Below, piece by piece: positions 18,903-28,749 of a stretch of 38,325 bases of DNA. Location: contig JAYODI010000033.1 in the NCBI GenBank assembly GCA_038279365.1, forward strand, positions 2,940 through 41,264, read 5' to 3'. Position 1 is the stretch's first letter. Every line of letters starts with the position of its first letter. Source of the DNA: Candidatus Latescibacterota bacterium. Lineage in GTDB: Bacteria; Latescibacterota; UBA2968. Below the pieces are notes generated by a model. The model was not told where the DNA came from and searched no databases. It saw only the letters and a program-made list of their open reading frames with translations. The translations under genes and the position numbers were made by a program.

Positions 18903-21320
18903 GTGACAAGAATACACATTGGTGTCTTAATCACAATCATCATCTGCACAATAAGTCTTCGATTTTATGGCCTCGATTGGGGAACAAACCACCAAACAGG
19001 CCATTTTTATGCCTTTCACCCCGATGAACAAACCCTCATAGACAGTGCTTCACACATTGGGCACAATATGCGTGATATTGTTGCCTCATATGGCAAAGCC
19101 CCCATGTATCTGCTGTCCATTACAGCCCACACCATCGGATACATCACCAACACCACGCCTTTTACTGAAGAAACAACGCGATTTACGCATCTCGTTGCAC
19201 GCAACATTTCGGCCATATTGAGCACCCTCACCGTATGTCTCACCTTTTTAATTGGTCGCCAAATAAGCAACACAACCACAGGTTTGGTCAGCGCATTGTT
19301 CCTTGCATTTTGTGCAGGCCACATTCAACAAAGCCACTACTATACCGTTGACATCTCACTCACATTTTGGATCACATTGGCCCTCTACATCGCGCTCCAA
19401 TTACCCACATCCAAAACCCTTCCCTACATCGCATTTGGCATCGCCATTGGCTTGGCCACAGGAACCCGTTTGGTTGGCATTTGGATGGCCATTCCCTTTG
19501 CACTCATTCACATCTTACAGTGGCCACAAAAAAACCAAAGTTTAGAAAAATCCGAATCATCCCTATTCACACGTTTACATCTGCAATCGTCTAACACTTG
19601 GAAAAAAACGGGTATAGCGGTTGCTACAGGTATGGTCTTTTTATTCATTTGTGAACCCTTTCTGATACTCGATCCTGCACTCTTTTTTAAGGGCACAGAC
19701 ACTCGCCAACTCGTACCCAGTATGCAAATCGCCCAAGGCGAATTGATACGTATTTGGACACTCTATGATTTTTCCACCACACCCTATCTGTTTTATCTCA
19801 CACATCTCCTTCGCGATGCATTGGGCTACCCCTTAGAACTAACTGCTGGCATAGGTCTCCTATTGGCCATCTACCATCGCGCTCCTATTGGTCTCATCTT
19901 ATTAGGTTGGATTATTCCGTATTTTTTGACGGTTGGCGGACTTCATACCAAACCCATTCGTTATGTGACCCCATTGTTACCCTCACTTTGCATATTGGGT
20001 GCATATGCAACAAACTTGATCGGTCAAAAACTTCCCAAACACCTCCCATTAGCCCCTTTATTGCCCAGCATGATCATTGCCCTGCCTACTATAATGTATG
20101 GCCTTGCATTAACAAGCATCTACGGCAAAGAAGACAGCCGCATAAGCGCTGCCCAATGGATAACACAAAACATACCACAAAATGCCAGCGTGCTCACAGA
20201 ACCCGGAGGATTTCCAACCACCTGGATGACACCCACCCATCAATACCGTGTCAAAACAGATCAAGCCAGTTATCTGCTCAATACCGAAGGTCTTATTCCT
20301 TATTGGGAACAAATCACCTATATCCAAGACCAACTTAAAACCGTCGATTGGATCATTTCCGTAGATGAAAATCGCGCGCGTCAATTTGCAGGTGTCCCTA
20401 CCCAATATCCAATTGGACATACCTATTATCAAAAGCTCAAAGAAGGTCATCTGGGCTTCACCATTGACAAACAATTTCAAGTGATGCCCACACTTTGGGG
20501 ATGGTCCTTTCACCACACCGATTCAGATCCTACCATGACAGCTTATGATCACCCACAAGTAACCATCTACAAACGCACGGGTAATGTTGATCAAATCATT
20601 GCATCTTGGCAAAAAGAGATCAAACAAGATTCGGCCTACCCAGACCACGCGTTCATCGCCGGTATTCAAGCCTACAAAAATCAAAGTTGGAATGAAGCCC
20701 AAAAAGCCTTCCAAAAAGCCTGTGACATACGCCCCAATTATCTACTAAGCCACATCATGATTGTCAACTCACGCTTAAAATCAGGACACGCTCAAGAAGC
20801 AGATATATTATGGAAAAAATTAGAAACAGAATTTGGTGGTATTCCCGATGAAATAGGAATGGGATTGTCTAAGGCAGGCTTGTATTACGAAAGCATTTTA
20901 TACTTAGAACGCAGCTTGGCCCTTTATGCGCAACAAGGATCTCCACCGCTGTGGCTCCCTCAATTATTAGCAGAAAGTCGATATGCTTTGGGCCTTGAAC
21001 TCATCCAAAAACACCATTACGAAGAAGCAAAAACAGCATTTAAAAAGGTAATTGAATACGACTCAAATCACGGCCTCTCCTATCAAGCCCTCGGCAAAAT
21101 TTCGCTGCTTCAAAACCAACCCCAAGAAGCACTCGAATTATTAGAAAAAGCACTCATATATAACTTGAAAGATGCAGAAACTTGGTATCTGATGGGGCAA
21201 GCATATGACATGCAAAAAAAAACCGATAACGCACAATTTTATTTTCATCAAGCAATGGGTTTGGCACCCCAAGAAAAAAAATACCGCAACACATTTGAAG
21301 AATACATCAAACCCAAATGA
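18903..21320 (+). CDS. GT-C fold glycosyltransferase (GT39/ArnT-like) fused to C-terminal TPRs
   Basis: LR..GLDWG...FHPDE, SHYYTVD, RYVTP motifs; many TM segments; C-terminal TPRs; GTG start after AGGAG. Confidence 0.85.
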   Translation: MTRIHIGVLITIIICTISLRFYGLDWGTNHQTGHFYAFHPDEQTLIDSASHIGHNMRDIVASYGKAPMYLLSITAHTIGYITNTTPFTEETTRFTHLVARNISAILSTLTVCLTFLIGRQISNTTTGLVSALFLAFCAGHIQQSHYYTVDISLTFWITLALYIALQLPTSKTLPYIAFGIAIGLATGTRLVGIWMAIPFALIHILQWPQKNQSLEKSESSLFTRLHLQSSNTWKKTGIAVATGMVFLFICEPFLILDPALFFKGTDTRQLVPSMQIAQGELIRIWTLYDFSTTPYLFYLTHLLRDALGYPLELTAGIGLLLAIYHRAPIGLILLGWIIPYFLTVGGLHTKPIRYVTPLLPSLCILGAYATNLIGQKLPKHLPLAPLLPSMIIALPTIMYGLALTSIYGKEDSRISAAQWITQNIPQNASVLTEPGGFPTTWMTPTHQYRVKTDQASYLLNTEGLIPYWEQITYIQDQLKTVDWIISVDENRARQFAGVPTQYPIGHTYYQKLKEGHLGFTIDKQFQVMPTLWGWSFHHTDSDPTMTAYDHPQVTIYKRTGNVDQIIASWQKEIKQDSAYPDHAFIAGIQAYKNQSWNEAQKAFQKACDIRPNYLLSHIMIVNSRLKSGHAQEADILWKKLETEFGGIPDEIGMGLSKAGLYYESILYLERSLALYAQQGSPPLWLPQLLAESRYALGLELIQKHHYEEAKTAFKKVIEYDSNHGLSYQALGKISLLQNQPQEALELLEKALIYNLKDAETWYLMGQAYDMQKKTDNAQFYFHQAMGLAPQEKKYRNTFEEYIKPK

Positions 21321-21328
21321 GGGTAACT

Positions 21329-21366
21329 AAAAAAAGGGGATTGGGCTTGCGCCCAATCCCCTTTTT
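21329..21366. terminator. Bidirectional intrinsic terminator
   Basis: AAAAAGGGGATTGGGC-TTGC-GCCCAATCCCCTTTTT between convergent genes. Confidence 0.9.
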
Positions 21367-21380
21367 CATTCAAACAGCCC

Positions 21381-22238
21381 TTACAGAGCGTTTCGCACTT
21401 CATCCAAATGACTGCGTCGCATGGGATGTCGTAACTTGCTCAACGCTTTTTCTTTAATTTGTCTCACGCGTTCTTTGGTCAAACCCAACGCCTTGCCAAT
21501 ACGCGCCAATGTACGTGGCTCTTGCCCTTCCAAACCAAAGTGCAAACGCAAAACTTGTGCTTCTCGTTCTTCCAATGTATTTAAGACGCGTTCAATAAGA
21601 CGCCTATCTGAGTGTGCAATCATAACCGCATCAGGCATGGCTTGAGCATCATCAGACAACACGTGGATAGGCGCGTGATCATCTTCGTCCACATCGGCAT
21701 CAAGTGAACACACATCTTGGGCACGCAAAAGAGTATCTTCGATCATCTCAACCGATACACCCAGCTCTTTTGCGATCAAATCAGGCGAAGGATCAATCAC
21801 ATTGGCATGCCCAAGTTGCTTTAACAGTTTGGTGATACTGCTGAGTAATTTCACTCTGTTTGCAGGCAAACGCACCAAACGCGATTCCAATGTAATGGCA
21901 TTGTAAATCCCTTGCCGAATCCACCAATGTGCATAAGTAATAAACTTAAACCCGCGCGATTCATCAAACCGTTCTGCCGCCTGAATCAATCCCACATTGC
22001 CAGCACCAATTAAATCTTCTAAAGGCAAACCACAATTTTGATATTCACTGGCAACACGCACCACAAAACGCAAATTAGCAGCCACCAATTCGTTACGAGC
22101 ACTTTCATTGCCTTCACGAATCAACTTGGCCAATCGCACCTCCTCTTCGGAAGGCAGTGGTTTGGCATCAGAAATATCTTGAAAATAAATATCTAAAATC
22201 TCACTATCCCAAGCAGAAACAGTTGCCATTGGACGCAT
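21381..22238 (-). CDS. RNA polymerase sigma factor, RpoD/SigA family, short form (regions 1.2-4)
   Basis: ANLRFVV, DLIGAGNVGLIQAAERFD..RGFKFITYAHWWIRQ, TLARIG..LGLTKERVRQI; no region 1.1; start may be 22229. Confidence 0.93.
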   Translation of the reverse strand: MRPMATVSAWDSEILDIYFQDISDAKPLPSEEEVRLAKLIREGNESARNELVAANLRFVVRVASEYQNCGLPLEDLIGAGNVGLIQAAERFDESRGFKFITYAHWWIRQGIYNAITLESRLVRLPANRVKLLSSITKLLKQLGHANVIDPSPDLIAKELGVSVEMIEDTLLRAQDVCSLDADVDEDDHAPIHVLSDDAQAMPDAVMIAHSDRRLIERVLNTLEEREAQVLRLHFGLEGQEPRTLARIGKALGLTKERVRQIKEKALSKLRHPMRRSHLDEVRNAL

Positions 22239-22336
22239 CCTTTCAAAAACAGGTCAAAAGAGAATCGCTCTCTCTCTTGTCTCGCGAGATCACCAGTGTG
22301 CGCTCACGGGGCAAGAGGCAGATGTTTTTGTCATAA

Positions 22337-22352
22337 TGCAACCCTTGTGCCA
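22337..22352 (-). promoter_or_regulatory. sigma54 (-24/-12) promoter of the sigma factor gene
   Basis: Minus strand TGGCAC-AAGGG-TTGCA, exact consensus spacing. Confidence 0.8.
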
Positions 22353-22380
22353 AAAATATTCCTTTGTTTTAAAAAATTAT

Positions 22381-22393
22381 TAAGTATTTGTTT
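22381..22393 (-). promoter_or_regulatory. IHF-like site
   Basis: AAACAA-ATAC-TTA (one mismatch to WATCAANNNNTTR), ~30 bp upstream of -24. Confidence 0.5.
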
Positions 22394-22500
22394 TTTAAGA
22401 TCTTATACATTTTCGTTTGATAATTTTGTTTTTTGTAAACACCAAAGGCCTATAACAAAACGTTCTACTTTTTCTTAAAAGTAATACGTTGTGTGAGACG

Positions 22501-22529
22501 TTGATTTTATTCATCACTGGTGTTATCTT
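22501..22529 (+). promoter_or_regulatory. sigma70-type promoter for xth
   Basis: TTGATT-17-TATCTT with TGn extension. Confidence 0.55.
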
Positions 22530-22574
22530 GAAAGCCCAAGCCCTTATCCGTTTTTAGACCAGGAGTTTTTATTT

Positions 22575-23342
22575 ATGCGTATCATCACTTGGAATGTAAA
22601 TGGCTTACGCGCAGCCATTCGCAAAGGCATTCAAGAGCACCTCATTGCGCTCAATCCCGATATCATCTTATTTCAAGAAGTTCGTGCACTGCCTGACCAA
22701 CTCCCCTCAAAATGGGCAAACCCCGATGGGTGGCACACCATTTGGCATCCAGCACAAAAAAAAGGATATTCAGGCACAGCCATTTGGTCACGCCATACCA
22801 TTCAAGAAAAAGAACGTGGTATCGGTATAGAAGACGTTGAGGGTCGTGTCATCCATGTATCTACAGCCGATGTAGAAGTGGTCAGTGTTTATTTGCCATC
22901 GGGTTCTTCTGGCGAAGACAGACAACAAATCAAAGAAAACTGGATGGCCCAATTTCGGCCTTGGGCCGACACCCTCGTCAAAAAACATACTCCCGTCTTA
23001 ATGGGAGGAGATTTTAATATCGTACACACCGCGCAAGATATCTTTCATGCCAAAAGCAACGAAAACACATCGGGCTATTTGCCCCATGAACGCGAATGGA
23101 TCGGAGCCTTAATTCATTCAGGATGGCATGATTTCTTACGTGAAAGTGTGGGTGATATTCAGGGGCCTTATTCGTGGTGGTCCAACCGAGGAAAAGCCCG
23201 CGAATTAGACCGTGGTTGGCGAATTGATTATTTACTTGGCAACGCAGCCACTGCCAAACGCTTTCAATCATCACATATCCATCGCGATGGAGGGCTCACC
23301 ATTTCAGATCATGCGCCCGTTATCGTTGACTTAATATCATAA
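22575..23342 (+). CDS. xth: Exodeoxyribonuclease III (AP endonuclease)
   Basis: TWNVNGLRA, QE, KKGYSG, EGR, GDFN, YSWWS.R, GWRIDY, SDHAP. Confidence 0.95.
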   Translation: MRIITWNVNGLRAAIRKGIQEHLIALNPDIILFQEVRALPDQLPSKWANPDGWHTIWHPAQKKGYSGTAIWSRHTIQEKERGIGIEDVEGRVIHVSTADVEVVSVYLPSGSSGEDRQQIKENWMAQFRPWADTLVKKHTPVLMGGDFNIVHTAQDIFHAKSNENTSGYLPHEREWIGALIHSGWHDFLRESVGDIQGPYSWWSNRGKARELDRGWRIDYLLGNAATAKRFQSSHIHRDGGLTISDHAPVIVDLIS

Positions 23343-23374
23343 AAACCACTTTATCACTTTTATAAACCCATCCA

Positions 23375-23605
23375 ATGAACACATCAAAAACCATTGCCAT
23401 CGCAGGGTGTGGTGGCTATATCGGCACACATATGACCCAAGCCGCACGTGCTCCAACAATTGCGCGCAGTTATCGCACAGCACTCGAATCGGGGCACCTG
23501 CCATTATATCGCCAACACACGGGACGTGAGTGGTTGGAAAAACATATTATCGATCCGATCATCGACGCAGCTGAAGGTCTGCGCACACATATGGATCGCC
23601 CTTGA
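23375..23605 (+). pseudogene. Probable internally deleted NAD(P)-binding oxidoreductase remnant
   Basis: Starts with a Rossmann beta-alpha IAIAGCGGYIG but is only 76 aa long. Confidence 0.5.
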
Positions 23606-23634
23606 TTTCACCCAACAACTTGGAAGAAAATATC

Positions 23635-24462
23635 ATGCTCAACAGCGAAAACTATGATGCCTTTATCGAAAAACAAAATCGTCTATATCAGGCTTTTTCA
23701 ATTGTTGGAAATCTGGTCTTACCCTTAGAAGACGAAGACCGCATTTTAGATGTTATGGTAGAGCAACTCATTCGTGCTGCACGAATCCGTTCGTTAATGC
23801 TTTCATTGGTCTACGAAGACAGAAACTTTCTTGAAGTTGTCAGGGTTGCCAGTTTTAACAACCTCACAGAAGAAGGACGCTTAACCCCACGTTCAACACC
23901 CAGTATAAAACGATATACGAATAGACGTTCCAATCTCACAGACACAGATTCCATTGCCTGTTTTGCTGCCTTAAATGGACGCATTGTTATTGTAGATGGC
24001 AAAGACAAACGGGTTCAGTCATTACCCGTTGACAAAGAAGATAAATGGGAAGGCAAAGTCGCTTACTTTGAGCGCTTGCAATACAACAGCGAATGTGTGG
24101 CCGTATTAGCAGGGGCTTGTCCATTAGATGAAGAAGCAACCGCTTTAGATTGGATTCAAGACACCATGCCATTGTTGGAACTGATCTCCGCCCAACTCAA
24201 AACACTCCGCTTGCTCAAGGAACAACGCTTTTTAGCCTATCGTCCACCCATAGAAGTCAATCTCTCTGCCCAAGAAAACGAAGTTTTGCGCCGTGTGGCA
24301 CTGGGAGAATCCGCCACACAAATTGCAGAAGAAATGGATTTATCGCCCCGAACAGTACACACATACAAACGCCGTATCTGTAAAAAACTCGATCGATACA
24401 GCCAAGCAGACCTTACACGATATGCCATCATGACAGGGCTTATTCCCTTGACAGATCGCTAA
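23635..24462 (+). CDS. LuxR/NarL-type HTH regulator with N-terminal GAF-like domain
   Basis: C-terminal LSAQENEVLRRVALGESATQIAEEMDLSPRTVHTYKRRICKKL; N-terminal helix-beta pattern typical of GAF. Confidence 0.85.
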   Translation: MLNSENYDAFIEKQNRLYQAFSIVGNLVLPLEDEDRILDVMVEQLIRAARIRSLMLSLVYEDRNFLEVVRVASFNNLTEEGRLTPRSTPSIKRYTNRRSNLTDTDSIACFAALNGRIVIVDGKDKRVQSLPVDKEDKWEGKVAYFERLQYNSECVAVLAGACPLDEEATALDWIQDTMPLLELISAQLKTLRLLKEQRFLAYRPPIEVNLSAQENEVLRRVALGESATQIAEEMDLSPRTVHTYKRRICKKLDRYSQADLTRYAIMTGLIPLTDR

Positions 24463-24466
24463 AAAT

Positions 24467-24498
24467 CAATTTTGTAAGTATAATTACCTACAAAATTG
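24467..24498. promoter_or_regulatory. Palindromic candidate operator
   Basis: CAATTTTGTA-AGTATAATTACC-TACAAAATTG, 10-bp perfect arms. Confidence 0.45.
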
Positions 24499-24599
24499 CA
24501 GAAAATACGTACAAAAAATCCCAATATTTGTCTGGATTTGACCTCCCTGTTTTTGCTATATTTGGTAAGCACTTAAATCGCAATGATGAACGTGCCATC

Positions 24600-24633
24600 A
24601 AGACGGAGCTATCGGGGAAGCTTCGTCTTTTTT
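24600..24633 (+). terminator. Intrinsic terminator just upstream of tldD
   Basis: AAGACGGAGCT-atcgggga-AGCTTCGTCTT-TTTT. Confidence 0.75.
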
Positions 24634-24663
24634 ATTATGCTCGCGTCCCTTAAGAAGATTTCG

Positions 24664-26088
24664 ATGTTTGATCAAAATCCTTTCACCCGCTGGTTTGGCA
24701 TAGATGAAACCATTGCGCAACAAATTTTGTCCGAAGCCTTGTCGCGTGGTGCAGATTTTGCCGACCTGTATTTTCAGCACACCAAGGCCACTTCACTCAG
24801 TTTAGAAGATGGTATTATCTCACGCGCCAATACAAACATTGAGCAAGGTGTGGGCATTCGCGCAGTATTGGGTGACCAAGTCGGTTATGCCTATAGTGAA
24901 AACTTAGACGTCGAAGCCATGAAAGCCGCAGCACATACAGCAGCAGCCATAGCAGAAGGCGCACAACATGTGCCTCCCCAAAAAATTCAATTACGTAAAC
25001 CTCAAAATTATTACGCCATAAACCGCCATTGGGATGATGTAAGCATTGCCGAAAGGCTGCCCATTATATCGCAAGCAGAAACCATCATTCGCCAAATGGA
25101 ACCCGCAGTTGAAAAAATATCCATAAGCTGGTCAGACAGTGACGAGCGTGTACTCATTGTGACCAGCGATGGCATCTACACCACAGACCGTCGCCCAATG
25201 GCAACCCTTTATTGTTCTGTAACGGCACAAAAAAATGGCCTACGTCAAAGCAATGGTGCATCCGTATCCCGAAGAGAAGGCATGAGCTGGTTTGATGAGG
25301 CACACATTCGCCAGGTGTGTCAAAAAGCCGTTGATCGAACCATGATTCTCTTTGACGCACGCAGACCACCAGCAGGTGAAATGCCGGTCATCTTGGCTGC
25401 GGGCGCTTCGGGCATCTTGCTTCACGAAGCCATCGGACATGGATTAGAAGCCGACTTTAATCGCAAAGGCACATCCATTTATTCCACAATGCTCAACACC
25501 AAAGTAGCCCCCGACTTTGTTACCGTTATTGACGACGGCACACAAGACAACGACCGCGGTGCACTCAATATAGACGATGAAGGGCAACCCACCGAACGCA
25601 CCGTACTCATTGAAAAGGGTGTGCTCAAAAATTATCTTCACGACCGCATCTCAGCCAAACATTATGGTGTTTCAACCACAGGTTCAGGGCGTCGAGAAAG
25701 CTTCCGACACGTGCCCTTACCACGCATGCGATCAACCTACCTGCTCGATGGACCACACACCAAAGATGATATCATTGCTTCCGTAGATCACGGCATTATT
25801 GCCGACACCTTTACAAATGGCCAAGTTCAAATTGGTGCGGGTGATTTTACATTCTATATTAAAAATGGCTGGCTCATTGAAGGAGGCGAAATTACCGCCC
25901 CCATTAAAGACGTCAATATCATTGGCAATGGCCCCGATGCACTCAAAAATGTTGCTATGGTTGCCAATGATTCAGAACTTGACGATGGCAGTTGGACCTG
26001 TGGCAAAAGTGGCCAAGGTGTTCCCGTATCTATGGGCGTGCCCACCATGTTGGTCAAAAGCATGACTGTTGGTGGCGTTAACCAATAA
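24664..26088 (+). CDS. tldD: TldD metalloprotease subunit
   Basis: GVGIRA, LLHEAIGHGLEAD, DDEG, GSGRRES..P.PRM, CGK.GQ.VPV; start uncertain (24637 or 24664). Confidence 0.94.
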   Translation: MFDQNPFTRWFGIDETIAQQILSEALSRGADFADLYFQHTKATSLSLEDGIISRANTNIEQGVGIRAVLGDQVGYAYSENLDVEAMKAAAHTAAAIAEGAQHVPPQKIQLRKPQNYYAINRHWDDVSIAERLPIISQAETIIRQMEPAVEKISISWSDSDERVLIVTSDGIYTTDRRPMATLYCSVTAQKNGLRQSNGASVSRREGMSWFDEAHIRQVCQKAVDRTMILFDARRPPAGEMPVILAAGASGILLHEAIGHGLEADFNRKGTSIYSTMLNTKVAPDFVTVIDDGTQDNDRGALNIDDEGQPTERTVLIEKGVLKNYLHDRISAKHYGVSTTGSGRRESFRHVPLPRMRSTYLLDGPHTKDDIIASVDHGIIADTFTNGQVQIGAGDFTFYIKNGWLIEGGEITAPIKDVNIIGNGPDALKNVAMVANDSELDDGSWTCGKSGQGVPVSMGVPTMLVKSMTVGGVNQ

Positions 26089-26124
26089 CACTAAAATTCA
26101 TCACATCACCCAATAGGATCAACG

Positions 26125-27441
26125 ATGGAACAAGACTTACTTAAACAAGCCCAACAAGCCGTTGATTTGGCCAAACAATCTGGTGCGGCAGATGCCATTG
26201 CCAATGTGAGCGACAACAACAGCACAGAATACACCTATCGCGACAGTCACATTGAAGAAGTCAAACAAAGTGTGAGCCGTGGACTCAGCCTTCAAATTTA
26301 TGTAGACGGCCGTTATTCAACCCACCAAACCACAGACTTGCGCCCAGAAACCTTGTCGCAATTTGTAACAGATGCCGTGGCCCTCACCAAACACTTGTCA
26401 CAAGACCCTTATCGCGTTATTCCTGAAACAGTGTTATACAACAATCGCCCCGCCATCGACTTACAAAACAATGACCCCACCGTGCGCGACTTGCCCCGCG
26501 AAATTTGTTTAGACTGGCTCAAAACCATGGATGCAGTGACCCATACCCACGAACGTGTAATCAGTGCATCAAGTTATGTATGGTATGGGTGGAACACATC
26601 GGCCCGTATCAGTTCAAATGGTTTTTCAGGTACGCAGTCTGGCACTTCTATAGGTTATGGCGTAAGCGTGACCCTCAAAGAAGGCGAACATGGTCGCCCC
26701 GAAGCATCTCGTATTGTACGCAGTCGACATCTATCAGACTTACCCTCACCCGATCAAATTGCCCAAGAAGGTTTAGACCGTGTTTTATCACGTTTAGGCA
26801 GCACCAAAGCCAACAGCATCAAATCAACGTTGGTCATAGATCCCGAAGCAGGCGGGCGCATATTTGGCTCCATTTTGAGTGCCTTACAAGCACATACCGT
26901 ACAACAAAATCGCTCCTTTCTTGCAGACAAAAACAACACCCAAATTGCAAACCCCCTCTTAACCCTCACTGATGATCCGCTTAAAATAAGAGGGTTGGCA
27001 TCACGCCACTACGACAGTGAAGGCATCTCTGCAAAACAACTGCCCATCATTGAAAAGGGTGTACTCAAAAACTTCTATGTCGACACCTACTACGGTCGTA
27101 AACTCAATTGGTCACCCACCACAGGCCGGTCATCCAACATCACATTTGCTTTGGGCAACCAAAACTTAACCCAACTTATTGCCGATGTTGCGCAAGGATT
27201 TTATATTACATCTTGGTTGGGTGGCAATGCAGATTCAACAACGGGTGACTTCTCATTTGGTTTTAGAGGCCATCAAATAAGCAATGGCCAACTTACCATG
27301 CCTGTTTCAGAAATGAATGTCACTGGCAACTTTATCACCCTGCTTAACAATCTCGTTGCTGTTGGCAACGACCCCAACCCATATAGCAGCATGCAAACAC
27401 CCACTTTGGTTTTCGAAAACGTCGAATTCAGTGGCAAATAA
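26125..27441 (+). CDS. pmbA: TldE/PmbA subunit
   Basis: Follows tldD; lacks HExxxH; DSEG, TGDFSFG, PVSEMNVTGN, P.LVF motifs. Confidence 0.9.
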   Translation: MEQDLLKQAQQAVDLAKQSGAADAIANVSDNNSTEYTYRDSHIEEVKQSVSRGLSLQIYVDGRYSTHQTTDLRPETLSQFVTDAVALTKHLSQDPYRVIPETVLYNNRPAIDLQNNDPTVRDLPREICLDWLKTMDAVTHTHERVISASSYVWYGWNTSARISSNGFSGTQSGTSIGYGVSVTLKEGEHGRPEASRIVRSRHLSDLPSPDQIAQEGLDRVLSRLGSTKANSIKSTLVIDPEAGGRIFGSILSALQAHTVQQNRSFLADKNNTQIANPLLTLTDDPLKIRGLASRHYDSEGISAKQLPIIEKGVLKNFYVDTYYGRKLNWSPTTGRSSNITFALGNQNLTQLIADVAQGFYITSWLGGNADSTTGDFSFGFRGHQISNGQLTMPVSEMNVTGNFITLLNNLVAVGNDPNPYSSMQTPTLVFENVEFSGK

Positions 27442-27467
27442 TTCACATCCCCACATTTCTAACACAA

Positions 27468-27500
27468 TAAAAAAGTGCCCACCGTCAGGGCACTTTTTTA
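27468..27500 (+). terminator. Intrinsic terminator
   Basis: TAAAAAAGTGCCC-accgtca-GGGCACTTTTTTA. Confidence 0.88.
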
Positions 27501-27567
27501 TTGCCTATACCATTTGGTTGCTTATACTGCATCGGGTAGAATAACCAACCTATATTGGAGAGAAATC

Positions 27568-28749
27568 ATGAAAGGCGACATCATCACATTTGATGTAGAA
27601 AAACGCAAAGACCCACAAACAGGGGTTGAAGTAACACGCGTAACCGATAATCAAGGAGAAACAGACCACCCTTATTTCACAGCCTCACAAATCACATCAG
27701 ACAGCACACAGCTCATTGTCTTTAATAACCGCACAGGGGTCAAACAACTTTATGCGATCAGCTTAAACGAAGGCAAAATGATACAACTCACACAAGAAGC
27801 AAAGGGTACCAACAGTGGGTGCTTGGATATAAACAATCGAAAAGCCTATTATTTTGGTGGTCGCACACTCAAATCGGTCCATCTCGACGACCACACTGAA
27901 GAAGAACTGATGGACATACCCGAAGGATTTGAGGCGGCCAGTTTGTCATGCACCAATGATGGCCGTTATGTGGCTTTTACCATGATGGAAGTGGCCAATA
28001 TGGAATTGTGTACCTTCCCTTTCGAATCCGAATACCAAGGGGGTTCCAAAGGGTTTCGCGAAAAGTTTTTTCGTTGGCCCAGCAGCGTCATCATGCGCTT
28101 TGACACAGAAAAACAAAGCCCCTATGTGGTCACAGGTGAACTCCATCGCATGACCCACGTCATCATTCATCCCTTAGATGGCAACGTCGTTCTCTTTTGC
28201 CACGAAGGTCCTTGGCAACTGGTTCAACGCATGTGGGTTGCCAAAGTATCTACAGACGAAGTCACCCCACTTATCGAAACCAAACGCAATCTCGAACGGG
28301 CAGGACACGAATTCTTCTGCGCCGATGGACGCGTTGGTGCCCAATATTCCTATCGCTACCGCCCCGACATGAACTACATTCACCATGCCGATATCTATGT
28401 CAACACCGACGGCTCAAACGAACGCCGTTACTACTACCCGTATCAGCGCACATCCCATGTACAAGCCCATCCCACTCAAAATATTGGCGTAGGAGATGGT
28501 GCCCACATTCGCGAAGATCAAAAAGACGGGCGCAACTATATGTCCCTCATCCAATACGATGACGAACACCACCAAGCCAAAGTGGGCCTGCTGTGCGAAC
28601 ACGGCACCTCTTGGAAAAAAAGCAGCCATCCTCATCCCATCTTCACCCCCAATGGCAACCAAGTGGTTTGGGGTTCCGACAGAGATGGCCACATGAACAT
28701 TTATATTGCCAACGCAGACTTAGACAAATGCATCTGGAGTGATCGATGA
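27568..28749 (+). CDS. Oligogalacturonate lyase family (PL22-like beta-propeller)
   Basis: DPQTGVEVTR, HPYF, FCHEGPW..VQRMW, GHEF, HPHPIFTP; ATG 27568 after GGAG; no signal peptide. Confidence 0.85.
   Translation: MKGDIITFDVEKRKDPQTGVEVTRVTDNQGETDHPYFTASQITSDSTQLIVFNNRTGVKQLYAISLNEGKMIQLTQEAKGTNSGCLDINNRKAYYFGGRTLKSVHLDDHTEEELMDIPEGFEAASLSCTNDGRYVAFTMMEVANMELCTFPFESEYQGGSKGFREKFFRWPSSVIMRFDTEKQSPYVVTGELHRMTHVIIHPLDGNVVLFCHEGPWQLVQRMWVAKVSTDEVTPLIETKRNLERAGHEFFCADGRVGAQYSYRYRPDMNYIHHADIYVNTDGSNERRYYYPYQRTSHVQAHPTQNIGVGDGAHIREDQKDGRNYMSLIQYDDEHHQAKVGLLCEHGTSWKKSSHPHPIFTPNGNQVVWGSDRDGHMNIYIANADLDKCIWSDR

Noticed and set aside
24664..27441. RiPP/microcin cluster around tldD/E
   Set aside because: No YcaO, precursor or transporter adjacent; looks like housekeeping TldDE.
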